Positions 27,501 to 41,649 of a stretch of 64,000 bases of DNA are shown in pieces; the stretch's first letter is position 1, and each line of letters starts with the position of its first letter. The position numbers and the translations under genes were made by a program. The DNA lies in NCBI GenBank assembly GCA_951406725.2, contig OX597821.1, positions 118,172,001 to 118,236,000 of the forward strand. Direction: 5' to 3'. Source of the DNA: Octopus vulgaris (lineage: Eukaryota). A model generated the notes under the pieces. It had not been told where the DNA came from. It did no database searches and was given only the letters and a program-made list of their open reading frames with translations.

Positions 27501-30500
27501 CCATCTATCTTTGCTGTTGATTGGGTTGGCCGGTAAGAAATATTTGTAGCTATTGATAAGCATGAAATGTTTTGGCACCATCTATTTTGACTTATTTGAT
27601 ATCAAACATTTTAATGTCTCTCTTGTTCATCTTTTCCTCTATGTTCTTGTTCTAACTTTCTCCTTGTTCTCTCTCTCTCTGTCTGTCTGACTCTCTCTCT
27701 CTCTCTCTGTCTGTCTCTGTCTCTCTGTCTGTCTCTCTGTCTCTCTCTCTCCGTTTATGTGTGTGAGCATAATTCTCTTTATATGGATGAGACGGTTAGT
27801 GTATATACACACCATGTTCACTTAGTAATTACAATGTCTCCCTCTCTTTCTCTCTCTCTCTCTCTCTCTATCTATCTAGCTAGCTAGCTAGTTACCTGCT
27901 AATCTATCTATCTGTCTGTTTGTCTGTCTGTATGCATGTATGCATGTATGCATGAGTGAGTGTATATTCCCTTTATCTTGACACATGCACATTGGCTGTA
28001 AACAAAAGTTATTCTTAATACAGTGTTAAGTTTAAGAATAAAGACATTCCAGCAATGACTGTCCCATCTATTTTCTTTTGTAACCATTGTTGAGGCAAGT
28101 GAGAATCAGAATCAAAATCAAAATCAAAATCGATCAACATCAATGGAAATTGTAGCGGTGGCATGTAAGAGAACCATCCGAACATGGCTGTTGCCAGCGC
28201 TGCCCTGACTGACCTCCATGTCGATGGCACGTAAAAAGCACCATCCGATTGTGGCCATTGCCAGCCCCACCTGGCCTCCATGTCAGTGTTATGTAAAAAG
28301 CACCATCCGATCGTGGCCGTTTGCCAGCCTCGTCTGGCACATAAAAAGCACCCACTACACTCTTGGAGTGAATGGCGTTAGGAAGGGCATCCAGCCGTAG
28401 AAACATTGCCAGATCAGACTGGGCCTGGTGCAGCATTCTGGCTTCCCATACCCCAGTTGAACCGTCCAACCCATGCTAGTATGGAAAGCGCACACTAAAC
28501 GATGATGATGATGATGATGATGTGCGCCCAAGATAACATTGGCATGGTTGTATGATTAAGAAGCTTGCTGCCCAACCATGATGTCTTGAGTTCAATCTCA
28601 GTGCATGGCACCTAAGGCAAGTATCTACTATTATAGCCCTGGGCTAACAAAAGTCTTGTGAGTGAATTTGGTAGGCAGAAAATGAAAGAAAACCATTGTA
28701 CAGTAATTTTCCTTGGTTTTCGAACAACTCTGATCATGAATAAATCATGCTTTATGTAGATAGATAGATAGATATAGATATATCATCATCATCATCATCA
28801 TCATCATTTAACGTCCGTTTTCCATGCTAGCATAGGTTGGATGGTTCGACTGGGGTCTGGTAAGCCATGGAGGCTGCACTGGGCTCTAGTCTGATTTGGC
28901 AGTGTTTCTACAGCTGGATGCCCTTCCTAACACCAACCACTCCGTGAATGTAGTGGGTGTTTTTTATGTGCCACTGGCACAGGAGCCAGAGCAGGCTGGC
29001 AAACGGCCACGATCGGTTGGTGCTTTTATGTGTCACCGACACAGACACCATTCAGGCAACGCTAGTAACTGTCATGCTCAAACGGTGCTTTTTACCTGTC
29101 ACCAGCAAGGGTGTCTTAACTACAGTTTCCATTTGAATTTTTTTTTTTTTTGATGTTGACGAACTTGACTCAACAGGTCTCCTCAAGAACAGTGGGTCAC
29201 TCTACGATCCAAGGTTAGCACAGCAGGCTGTCCTGCGGGCATGATCTCACTTCATTTGTCGGGTCTTCGGATCCTCAAGAACAGTGAGTCACTCTACGAT
29301 CCAAGGTTAGCACAGCAGGCCGTCCTGTGAGCCCTGAACTCACTTCATTTGTTGGGTCTTCGAAGTCACAGCATATCTCCAGAGGTCTCGGTCTTTTGTC
29401 ATAGCCTCTGTGAGGCTCAAAGTACGAAGGTCATGCTTGACCACTGCATCCCATGTCTTCCTGGGTCTACCTCTACCCTGGATTCCTTCAACAGTTTGGG
29501 AGATATATATAAAGCACAATTTATTCTTGATCAGAGGCGTTTGTAAACCGAGGTACTACTGTATTAAATGAATGTGAGAAAGACAGGAGATAAACTATGA
29601 TTTATTCGTGATCAGAGATGTTCAAGAACTGAGGTTCTACTGTATATATGGATGTGTGTGTGTGTGTGAGCATATGTTTATGTGTGTGTGTGTGAGCATA
29701 TGTTTATGTGTGCTCTTGTATAGATTTTATGTAATGGTTGCAAATAAGAATCATCATCATCATACAAGCAAGGTTGTTTGTTTCAAGCCTTCAGTGAAAA
29801 GCCTGTCTGGAAATGGAGAAAATATAACCTTCCTTGGGAACGGGTGAGGTTAGTGACGGGAGGGGCATCTGGCAGTAGGAGATCTTCCCCAATAAATTAC
29901 ATCCAACCCATGCAAGCATGGAAAAGGGGACGCTACATGATGATAATCAGGATGATCATGATAATCAAGATGGTAACAAGTGATTTTATAAAGATTTGGT
30001 TGCTATTTCTAGCTTTTAAATACATTTTCAAATACAGGTTGTCCTGTAGAAAGCTCCAGTAGTCTTCCACATCATGTGATGTTACATCCCCCTCTGTTTC
30101 ATCAAAAGCTTTGAATAATTGGTCTCTAAGTCTCTGTCCATTTGCAGGATCTTTAAGCTTCCAGACCCTTCTCTTCCATGCTGGTTGTCTTCTGGATGTC
30201 CATTTAGCCCTGATCCCGAAGTTGCTAACTACTAGTCTATATTGTGCGGTACATTCTTCTCTTGGGAAGGTTTTGGCATTTATAAGTAGCCATCTTTCCC
30301 TTTTCCTATATTCTCTTTAAGTGAACATTTTTCTGGTTGAAATACACCGTAAAATGGCGACACAGCAGTCAAAAAATCGTAAAATATTGGGATTTTCATA
30401 GAAAAAAAGCACCTTTTTGATGTAAATAATTTTTCTTCTATGGAAGGAAGAACAAGCCGTCTTCTATCATACTGTCAATTTTGGTCAACTTGCTCCGCAG

Positions 30501-31352
30501 GGTCTCGGAGGAGATAGTGTTAGTTGAAGACTACTAAAACCTGCCATACCCAGACAACTTCAGCTTCATATATATAGAGATTATTTAGCATTTTAATGGA
30601 CTAATAGATACATTCCATTATTTAGAGAAAAAGTATTAGATATATAAAAAAATTATAGTGTACTTCCTTCTAAAAGAAATTTAAATATGTTTGCTAAAAA
30701 TTAAAAGATATCAGGTATTTTTATAAAATCGGGTGTGTATTTCTAAGCAATAATTGTAAATAAGGATAACGAGTAATCTCCCTTCATTCATGTGGGTAAA
30801 TTGTTTCTAAGGATATTATTATGATGAAAATTATGATTTCTTTTACTAGAGAAGTTATATTTATAAAATTTGTGGACACACACACACACACACACACACA
30901 TACACACACACATTCATCATCATCATCATCATCGTTTAACGTCGGCTTTCCATGCTGGCATGTGTTGGATGGTTTGACTGAGGACTGGCAAGCCAGGAGG
31001 CTGCACCAGGATCCAATCTGATTTAGTAAGTTTTCAACAGCTGGATGCCTTTCCTAATGCCAACCACTCTGAGAGTGTAGTGGGTGTACTCTTGGAGTGG
31101 TAAATCATAAATCTGAAAGAGGAGCACACTCTACATTATAGAGCAGAAGAGTATATAGATAAAAATAGTTATGGCTGGTCTACAGGATTACCCTGGGTTT
31201 CACATCCATAAAGCGCTGAGCTTTACAGCATTTCTTCAGACCCTAAAATCCATTGGCCTTAAGCCAACAGGTTTTGGGATCTGAAGAAATGCTGTGAAGT
31301 TAAGCTCTTTATGGACATGAAACCCAGGGTAACCCCCAGGGACTAGCCATAT

Positions 31353-31384
<32 letters not shown>

Positions 31385-34300
31385 TTATTTATTTATCAAT
31401 CTATCTATCAATCTATCTATCTAATAACCTATCTATCTATCTCTTTCTCTCTCTTTCTCTCTTTATGTTTGTCTTTTCTCTCACTTTCTCTTTACCACAC
31501 ACACACACACACACACACAAAATGTGTTTTTTTTTCAATTTCCATTGACGAAATCCCACTCACAAGGCTTTGGTCATCCCAGTGCTTTAATAGAAGACAC
31601 TTGCTTGAGGTGCCATACGGAGGGATTGAACCCAAGACGATACAGTTGGGAAGCAAGTTCTTAACCACTCAGTCATACCAGCTCCTTTTATTTTTGGTCT
31701 GTTTGCTACTCAATTCCCGACTCTTTTCCTTCCACTGCACATGAAATTCTTCTTACTTCATTTCCTATTCTCTTACTAATTGCATCTATTTTAATCCTTT
31801 TCTTTTTTCTCTTTCAGTAAATTATATACGTTTTGGTTGTATATTCGAGCTTTATTCGTCTCAGAGCTGAATGGAACCAGTCGAAGAACACTAGATACCG
31901 ATTTGTTTTATCGCGTTTCTTTCTTAGTCGCCTATCCACCTACAGGGTATGTGTCCCCTTCATGTTTTTAAGCACATTTATTCATGCTAGAAAACTGAAT
32001 GCTTGAGACGTGTGTTAAACCCTACAAATTTGTTATGAATCCGTAAGGTTCTGATCAGATCTGTTGACATTGATCTGGTTTTTGCTTTTTAGGAAATTAT
32101 ATCTACTTTCACACAATGAACACTAAAAATCAATAAGTCAGTAAAACTTTGTGTATCATCTAAGACATTCCAAGTATGACCATTCCATCATTCTCCCCCC
32201 CCCCCAGCATTCCCAATGTAGCCTTTCTTTTTCAGAAAGTGGGATGGGATTTGAGGAGGATTTTGATTGTAATTTTTAGCAGGACAGACAACCCTGTACA
32301 AGTCCGTTCATTATAAAACGGCTGATGAACCCTTTTAATACCAACCCGGCTGAAACTACCTCTGGATCTGTAGTACAAATATCTTGCTTTCCTAACTTCT
32401 GAATTAAAATCTTGCACCAAATTTAAGTCAGAATTCATGTTCCTAACATTAGCTTAATGATAACGAAGTTATTTTACCAAATTCTTTGTTATATTTAAAA
32501 TGAATTGAAAGAATCACAGAGCATCTCTTATACAAGAATTTGGTAAGAGAAGGGTCAAATATTGTCAGTCGTTGGGTGCCAGCATGACCATGTGATTGAG
32601 AAGTTTGCTTTGCAGTCAAGGGATTCTGGATGCAATCCTTTTCTGTGGAACCCGGAGCAAATAACTTCTACTATAGACTTTGTGTGAGCCAAACCTTGTC
32701 AATGACACTGGATCGGCAGAAACTATGGGAAAGCTGGAAATAATGAATTATGAAACTCGTTAGCACCTCAGGCGAAATGCTTAGCAGCATAACAGAATTT
32801 CTTCTCACTCTTTACGTTCTGAGTTCAGATCCCATTGAGGTCAGCTTGGCCTTTCATCCTTTCTGGATTAATAAAATAAAGTACCAGTCATATACTGGAG
32901 TCAGTGTGACTGCTCCTCATATCTAAGTTTGAACCCTCCAATCAACTGGCATCCATTTTGGGTTAATAAAATAAAGTAGTGGTCAAGAGCTGGAGCCAAT
33001 GTGACTGACTCCTCATTTCTAAGCCTGAATCCGCCAATGGACTGGCATCCCATTCAGGGGAAATGTTGTGCTCTTGGTCACTTATATGCTATGGAAATTG
33101 CGTAACCAGTCTTATCAGTCGTAGGTTTCAAGAAAATCTTGTTTGAAAAATGCAAGAACTGATCAAAGAGATGATATATATATATATTTCAGGTAACTTT
33201 TAGTGGTACAGTTCTATATTTAAGAGATGAGGAATTATGTATATTATTTACATTATTTACATTTGATGGATATTTGTCCTCATCTTGTTTGTTGTTAACA
33301 CAACATTTCGGCTGATGTACCTTCCAGCTGGATGAGGACAAATATCCATCAAATGTAAATAATGTAACTTTTAGTGGCTGTCCACTCTTTAGCAAGTCCA
33401 GTTCTCTGCTTTGAGAACTTAATACCTCAGTATGCAAGAATTGTAGGTGTTTTCCTCCCTTCTCATCCCCTCTTCAAGAATTCTGGAAACCCTAGAAAAG
33501 CAGTTGACATCACCCTAAAAATTCTGTCATTAATTTTGATACCATTAATAATAATCGGCTTCACCAGAAAGTAAATTATTTATATCTCTTCTGGAAGTGT
33601 GGTGAAGCTGGGGAGGAATATGAAGTCAGTCCTGGCTGCGAATAAATTCAGAAACTGGAGAGTTGGTGCTAAATGTTCAACTGACATCTTCATGCACAAT
33701 GAGTTATAATAGAAGTTTATTGACAGGAAGGGACAGAAACCAGTTCACAGGTTGCAGATCATCCAGTTCTTAGTACCAAGCCCAGGGTACCTAACTCACA
33801 ACAGCCTTGTTCACTTAGCCAGAAAATTTACTGATTAGTTTGTGGTTAGCTCAAAGTACTGAGCTTCAATTTTCCATCATCATCATCATCATCATTATTA
33901 TATTCCTTATTAGGGTGATGAATTAGCAAAATTGTTAGATAATTAGGAAGAATGTCTTGGGATATATGTTCTAGCTTGCTACACTCAGAGTTCCAGAGCC
34001 ACCAAGTTCAACTTTACCTTTCGGTCCCTCTTAGATAGTTAAAAATCAAGTACTGGCATCAATATAGTCTAATAACAGGTGGAGAGCTGGCAGGAAAAGT
34101 ACCAGTTGCATACTGGGGGTCAATCTAATTGACTGCCCCACCTCCCCCAAAATTTCAGGCCTTGTGCCTAGAGTAGAAAAGACTATAATCAACCTGCACC
34201 CTGCCCTTAAAAACGGCTGGTCTTGGACCAACGTTTGAAACTGCTATGCTCATCATTTTCCTTACCATTTTTTTATCAATTTCATTTTCGTTATTCTCTT

Positions 34301-34613
34301 CCTCATCACTTTGATAAATACAATTAATCATTCTTTTTAAAGGTACTTGTACTTTATCGATATTCCCTCGAAAGCATGGATAGGAAGGATTGGCATGGAT
34401 GGCTCAAACTATGAACGTTTGATCATAGATGGTCTCGGCTTACCAACTGGTTTAACTATTGATTTCGAGAGTCAACGGATGTGGTGGGCAGATGCCCACT
34501 TTGATGCGATCGAGTAAGTATTCTTTGTTTGGAGTTTGCATTTCTGTAAAATATTTATTTATTCCGTTACCATGAACAAATTTAGCAAACAGGAACTGTA
34601 TGGAAGCCCATTG

Positions 34614-34652
<39 letters not shown>

Positions 34653-37600
34653 GGGCCTTAGAGTTAATTTAGCAAAAACCAAAGTCTTAGTAAATAGTAA
34701 AGCAGACAAATCACAAATCCCCTCGGGTAGATGGCCCTGTTCAATACGTAGAAGAGGTGTGAGTAGAAATCCCATAAGATGTACTCAGTGTAAGCTATGG
34801 ACACATAAGAGGTGCAACAATATCAGAGGAAGGTTAACAGGGAACCTATTTTTTTTTTGTGTGTGTGTTTGGAAGGTGCACAAGTGCAGTAAACACTAGA
34901 AATGCACAGAAAATCCTGTCCATTAGATGCCTGAGGGGATACCTAGAATTACTTTATAGCTTCTGTTACCTGGGTAACCAAGTCAGTAGCAAAGTTGGAT
35001 GCTCTGAGAAGATAGCTGCTAGACTAAGAATAGGCTGGGCAAAGTTCAGACAGTTTCTACTTTTGTTGGTAACTAAAAGCCTCCCCCCCCCCAGGGTGAA
35101 AGGAAGACTGTATGATGTCTGTGTATGAACAGCTATACTATACTGCAATGGAACATGTGCTGTGACCACTGAGGACATGTGAAGGCTTGGGAAAATGAGG
35201 CTAAATGTGACAGACAGATGTGTGTGTGTACATTGAGGTTACTTAATGTAGTGGTCAGATGTGGAGCATCACCATAGGTCAAATGCAGGATGATACAGCA
35301 TAATAACAACATTGAAGAGGAAAAGAATAATATTCACAAATTTATTTGCTGGCAGTGTTTTGTAACACAGACATAGGAGTGATCGCCAATAGTAACGGTG
35401 CATTGGTAGCTCACTGGTGGTTGTTAGTGTGGAGGCTGTGCGTTTTGTTGATGGAGAGGAAGAAAGGATTACGTTGTCCCTTTCCATTTGGCTGATGCTG
35501 TTGCTCCTGGTTAAGGGCTGACACGACTAGCAATGTGAGCTCTCTATTGGTCAGCTGAAGCAAAGATGGTGAGAGAAAGATAATCTCAGTTATATAGGGT
35601 ATGACCTGGAGGTAGGTGAGACCTAAAACAAAGATCCTAAGGGGTCAGATGTTTCACATTAATCTCTCAGCATGGAGATAAAGCACAAAGGAGTCAGATA
35701 GTCGTCTGATGAGCAATGAGTGTGTAGTTTCGGTTTCAAATCTCAGTTAGGCAGGACTAAGTGAGCTCTGACACTAGTGTGCTTTGCTGGATGGGCAATG
35801 GTCAGTATGCATGTATGATAGTGTCTTGAGAGAAAAATTGGGCATAAGAGGCATCAGGTGTGGTGTGCAAGAGAGACGACTGCATTGGTATGGTCGTGGG
35901 ATGTGTGTGGATGTGGACAGCTGTGTGAAGAAGTTGGAGGGGGAAGCTGTGGAAGAGAGAGACCCAGGAAGACATGGGATGCGTTGGTGAAGCATGATCT
36001 TCTTCAAGTGTTGGGCCCCACATAGGTGATGACAAGTGACTGCAACCTATTGGTGATATTCTCTGCTTGAGAAAACTTATTAAACCAAGTGAAGTTCTAG
36101 TCATGTCCAGTGCTAGTGTCATGTCATTGGCGCCCATGCCAGTGGTATGGGAAAGAACTCATGCCAGTGGCATGCAGAAAGTGACCATTTCACTCTTGGA
36201 ATGGCTGTCGTTAGGAAGGGCATCCAGCTGTAGAAACCATGTCAAATCAGACTGGAATTTGGTGGAGCTCTCTGGCTTACCAATTCCAGTCAAACCATCA
36301 AATCCATGCCAGCATAGAAGGTAGATGTTAAACGATGATGATGAAGATTATATATATGTGTATGTATATATATATATATATCACACATCATCTTCACATA
36401 CACACTCAAGTTTGCACACACACTTTATCCAGATCCCTTCCGTTGAAAGATTCCTTTCAGTTAATTTGACATGTGAAACCCTTAATCCAAACACATTTCT
36501 TTTTTCTCTCTCAATACTACCCCCTTCTCAACTGACGGGGTTTTGTCTTGCAAGGTTCTTGGTGACCCTGTCGGTGCTGGTGCCACGTAAAATGCACCCA
36601 GTACACTCTGTCAAGTGGCTGGAGTTAGAAAGGACATTCAGCTTTAAAAACCACGTGTAAACTCCCAGCCTCTCGAGCTCCTGTCAAACTATCCAATCCA
36701 TGCCAGCATGGAAAACAAATGTTAAATGATGTCTGAGTTCAAATTCTACCAAAGGTCGACTTTGCCCTTCATCCTTTTGGAGTCGATAAATTAAGTACCA
36801 GTTATGTGCTGGGGTCGATGTAATTGACTCTACCTTTCCCTCAAATTTCAGGCCTTGCACCTATTGTAGAAAGGATTATTATTATTATTATTTTTATTGT
36901 TATTGGGTCAATGAGGTGTGTTCACAAAATCTTTAACACAGCAGACAAAATGCTTTGTGGCATTTCTTCTGGCTCCTTACATTCTGAGTTCAAATTCTAA
37001 TGAGGTTGGTTTCATCTTTCATTTGCAGTTTCGGTAATAATAAGTAGCAGGTGGTGGGGTGCCAACGTAATTCGTTAACTGTCTTCTCTAAAATTGATGG
37101 CCTTCTTCCATGACTGATTGTCATTATACAACAGAACAAATTCCCACATGGAGCAGCCATTTGTTATTAATCCTTTTGCTTTTGTAGATATGCCAGTTTG
37201 GATGGTACTCACAGACAAACGGTAATGAAAGAGAATGTACCATTCGTTCACTCACTTGCAGTGTTTGAAGACTGGATCTACTGGACAGACTCGAGCCGCC
37301 TGAGCATAGAAAAAGCACACAAATTCACTGGACGGAACCATACTATTCTACGGAATATGACTCACCAACCAAGTATCCTTATTGTGTTTCACTCATTACG
37401 ACAAAAGCAATGTTAGTGTCTTACGGTATTTCTATGTTGCATATTAATATGTTTTACCTTTCTTTTATCAGACTTGTTTCAGTCGTTAGACTGTGGCCAC
37501 GCTGGGGCATCACCTTGAAGAATTTTTAGTTGATTGAATTGATCCTGGAACCTATTATTTTGAAGCCTGATACTTATACTGTCGGTATCTTTTACGGGGA

Positions 37601-39806
37601 CATAAACACACCATCACTGGTTGTCAACTAATGGTGGGGGATAAACAGTCAAAGAAACACATAGATATACATACATACCACAGGCTTCATTTGGTTTCCA
37701 CAGGCCAAATCCACTCACAAGGTTTGGGTCATACTGAGGCTATAGTAGAAGACACTTATACAAGGTGCCACACAGTGGAGCTGAACCTGGAACCATGTGG
37801 CTTGGAAGTAAACTTCTTACCACAGCCACACCTACACCTATATGCTTAAAATATATCATTCATAGCTTTTTATACTTTGAACTCCAGCATTCATATTTTT
37901 TGCAATGTAAGTAACGTACACTTCTCACTGGTATCAACAAAGCTTCTTAAAGGGAAGGGGAAAATTTTGAAAAATTGTCTTGGTCCAATGGTAAAACGTC
38001 TGTCGTGTTTACAAAAAGAATTTAAATCTCACAGATACCCTTGACCTTTTTCTATCCATGGGAACGTTTAATCCATTATTTAAATGTTATTGTTTATTGC
38101 ATTATCTACAGCAAGTTCTACCATCAAAAATGAAATACTTGTAACATTTATGGTATATATACACACACACATATATGCTAGTATATATTTATACACACAT
38201 ACACACACATGCACGCACACACACGCACACACACACTTCGTTTCTTCTTGTTTTCATTCAAATCCACTCTCAAAACTTTAACCAACCCAAGTCTATTGTA
38301 GAAGATACTTGCCCAAGTTACCGAATGTCCCATGCAGAGGGATTGAACTGAAGAACCATACTTGTTTCTTATACATTTATAACATGTTATTTATATAATT
38401 CCTGTGAATTTACAGTATAAAGTTAACTTTATTAGTTTCTAGGGAAAACATGACTGTCCCCAATGAAAACATACGAACCCACCATTTCCAATGACTTTCA
38501 AGAACCAGCTGTTCTGTTTGTAGTACACCACCCCCAACAGATTGCAGTGAGTCTCTTTGGCAATATCTACTCAATGTCAGGGACTTTTCCCCACTCCCTC
38601 ATAGAATAATAATGCTTATGTAAGCCTATTGTGGAATAATTCCTAAAATTAAATTTCAAATGTCTCTTTATGCTGTAATGTAAATGCAGGCAGGGCCAAA
38701 GCCTTCACAGTGGTACTCAGCCAGGCCACACCCGAAAACCGAAACAAGGAAGAGCTAAAAATAAGTAATAGAAAATAAGGATTTCATCAATTACATAATT
38801 TTGTAGTCACCATTATCATCATCATCATCACCATTTAGCATCTGTTGTCCATGCTGGCATGGGTTGGACGGTTTGACCAGGACCCTAGTCTGATTTGGCA
38901 TGATTTTTATGGCTGAATGCCCTTCCTAACACCAACCACTCCAAGAGTGTAAGGGGTGCTTTTATGTGCCACTGGCACAGGTGCCAGTTTGCATGATACC
39001 AGTATCTGCCATGAATGTGATTTCACTTGCCTTTGATAGGTTTTCTTCTCAAGCACAGCATATTGCCAAAAGTCTTGATCATTTGTCTTGCCTCCATGAG
39101 GTCTTGGTCATTTGTCTTGCCCCCATGAGGTCTTGATCATTTGTCACTGCCTCCATGAGGTCTTGGTCATTTGCCTTGCCTCAATGAATTCTTGGTCATT
39201 TGTCATACCTCCATGAAGTCTTGATAATTTGTCTTGCCTCCATGAGGTCTTGGTCATTTGGCTTGCCTCCATGAAGTCTTGGTCATTTGTCTTGCCTCCA
39301 TGAGGTCTTGGTCTTTTGTCTTGCCTCCATGAATTCTTGCTCATTTTGTCTTACCTCTATAAGTTCTTGGCCATTTGTCTTGTCTCCGTGAGTATGTATA
39401 CAAAATCAACTGAATTAGACCAACAAATTAAAAACCTTGAGCTATTCTCAGTTTACCACCAAATGACAAATTTATCTTTTGTTCTTCCTGGTTAGGTAAA
39501 ATAAATTCCTCCTCAGATAAGGAAAAATTTGTGCAGTGTGGGGGCCCAGCATGTCAAAGAATAGACCCAAAATTTTCCTCTGCATGTATTGTAAAAGTAA
39601 ACTGAAAGAGATCAAGTTAGGGTTTGCACTCCAGCTTCATAAAGACCCTCACCAACAATCACTACCCAAACAGAGTCATGGGTTGGACGGTTGTCACCTG
39701 AGTGGTGCAAAGGTGTCAACCACCAGGAAGAAGGAATCACCAACAAACAGCAGATGCAGTGATGCACTGTTACATCATGTGCCCCCATACCACGACCACC
39801 ACCACC

Positions 39807-39853
<47 letters not shown>

Positions 39854-41591
39854 ACAATTCAAATTTATTGTTTTGTGTCTTATCTTTATATTTCTTATTT
39901 GTTTATTACAGATAAAAATCCTTGCGGATCCAATAATGGTGGATGCAGCCACCATTGCCTCCATTCACCACCAGATGACTATGTCTGTGCATGTCCAGAC
40001 CATTTTCTCTTGGATGCAGATAACAAGACATGCGTTGCCAATTGCAGCACTTCTCAGTTCCGTTGTGGAAAGGGCGATGATCGATGTATTCCATTCTTTT
40101 ATAGATGTGACAAAGATGTCGACTGCCATGATGGCTCCGATGAATTAAACTGTCGTAAGAATATTAAAATAATAATCATAAACAATATTAAAATAATAAT
40201 CATCATCATCCTCAACATCACCATCATCAATATCATCATCATCATCATCATTTAATATCCATTGTCCATGGGTTGGATGGTTTGACCAGGGCTGGTAAGC
40301 TGAGGGACCACACCAGACTCCAGTCTGATTTGGCGTGGTTTCTATGGCTGGATGCCCTTACTAATGCAAACGACTCTGAGAGCATAATAGGTGCCTTTTT
40401 GTGCCACCAGCATGGGTGCCAGTTGTGTGACACCAATATCTGCCACAGCTACGATTTCGCTTGGCTTGATGGGTCTTCTGCTCAAGAGCAGCGTATTGCC
40501 AGGGGTTTCTCTCATTTGTCATTGTCCCTGTGAGGATCAACACTTGAAAGGTGATTTTTACGTGCCACTGGTATCAGCCACATTACCTCCATAAGGCCCA
40601 ATGCACAAAAGGTGCTTCTTATGTGTCACTGGCACGGGTGCCAGTTACAGGACACCAGAATCAGCCATGACCATGATTCCACTCAGCTTGACATGTCTTC
40701 TCCTGCATGACATATCACCAAAGATCTTGGTCACCAGTCATTGCCTCCATGAGGCCCAATGTTTGAAGATCATGCTTCTCCCCATCTTGCAGTGTCTTCC
40801 TGGCTCTATCTCTTTCACAGGTTCTCTCCACAGTTAGAGATCAGCACTTCTTTACACATCTGTCCTCATACATATCACATGACCATACCAGCGCAGTTGT
40901 CTCTCTTGCACATCACATCTGATGCCTCTTCTGCCCAACTTTTCTCTCAAGATTCTTATACCCTGTCGTACATGCACACTGGCATCCAAAAAAGTGTGCT
41001 GCTAGCTTAATTTATTTCCTGCCTACACATGTCCTCAGCAGTCACAATCCATGTTTCACTGCTGTGTAGCATAGCCGTTCACACACAGGCATCATACAGT
41101 TTGCTTCTCACTCTGAGAGAGAGGCCCTTTGTTGCAAACAGAAGTAGGAGGTCTCTGAACTTTGCCCAGCCTATTCTTGTTCTTGCAGCTACACTCTCAG
41201 AGCATCCATCCCCACTACTGACTTGGTCACCTAGGTAACGGAAGCCATGAACTACCTCTAGCTTACCCACCTGGCATTTGTTGGAGTGTATTTTCTGTAC
41301 ATTTTTAGTGTTTATTGTACCTGTGCACCTTCCACACCCAAAAACTATTTTTGCCAATTAACCTTTCTCTGATATTGCTGTACCTCGAATGTGTCCAGAA
41401 CGTGCACCAGGTACATCTTACGGAATTTCTATCTATGCCTTTCCTACAGATTGAGCAGAGCCATCTACCTGAAGAGATCAGTGATTTGTCTGCTTTCCTA
41501 CTTACTAAGACTTTGGTTTTTGCTAGATTAACTGTAAGGTCCTTCGATTCTAGATCTTGCTTCCACACCTGAAATTTCTTCTCTTGTACTG

Positions 41592-41649
<58 letters not shown>

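Noticed and set aside
35706-35740. CTGATGA as another hammerhead core (also at 49386)
   Set aside because: No correctly placed stem II-GAAA-stem III-UH follows.
39072-39392. 29-bp repeat array as a CRISPR array
   Set aside because: Units are contiguous with no unique spacers, the context is a eukaryotic intron, there are no cas genes, and the unit derives from LINE sequence.
39536-40255. 239-aa ORF with poly-His/poly-Tyr as a standalone gene
   Set aside because: Only 39912-40154 is exon; the rest is microsatellite read-through in intron.
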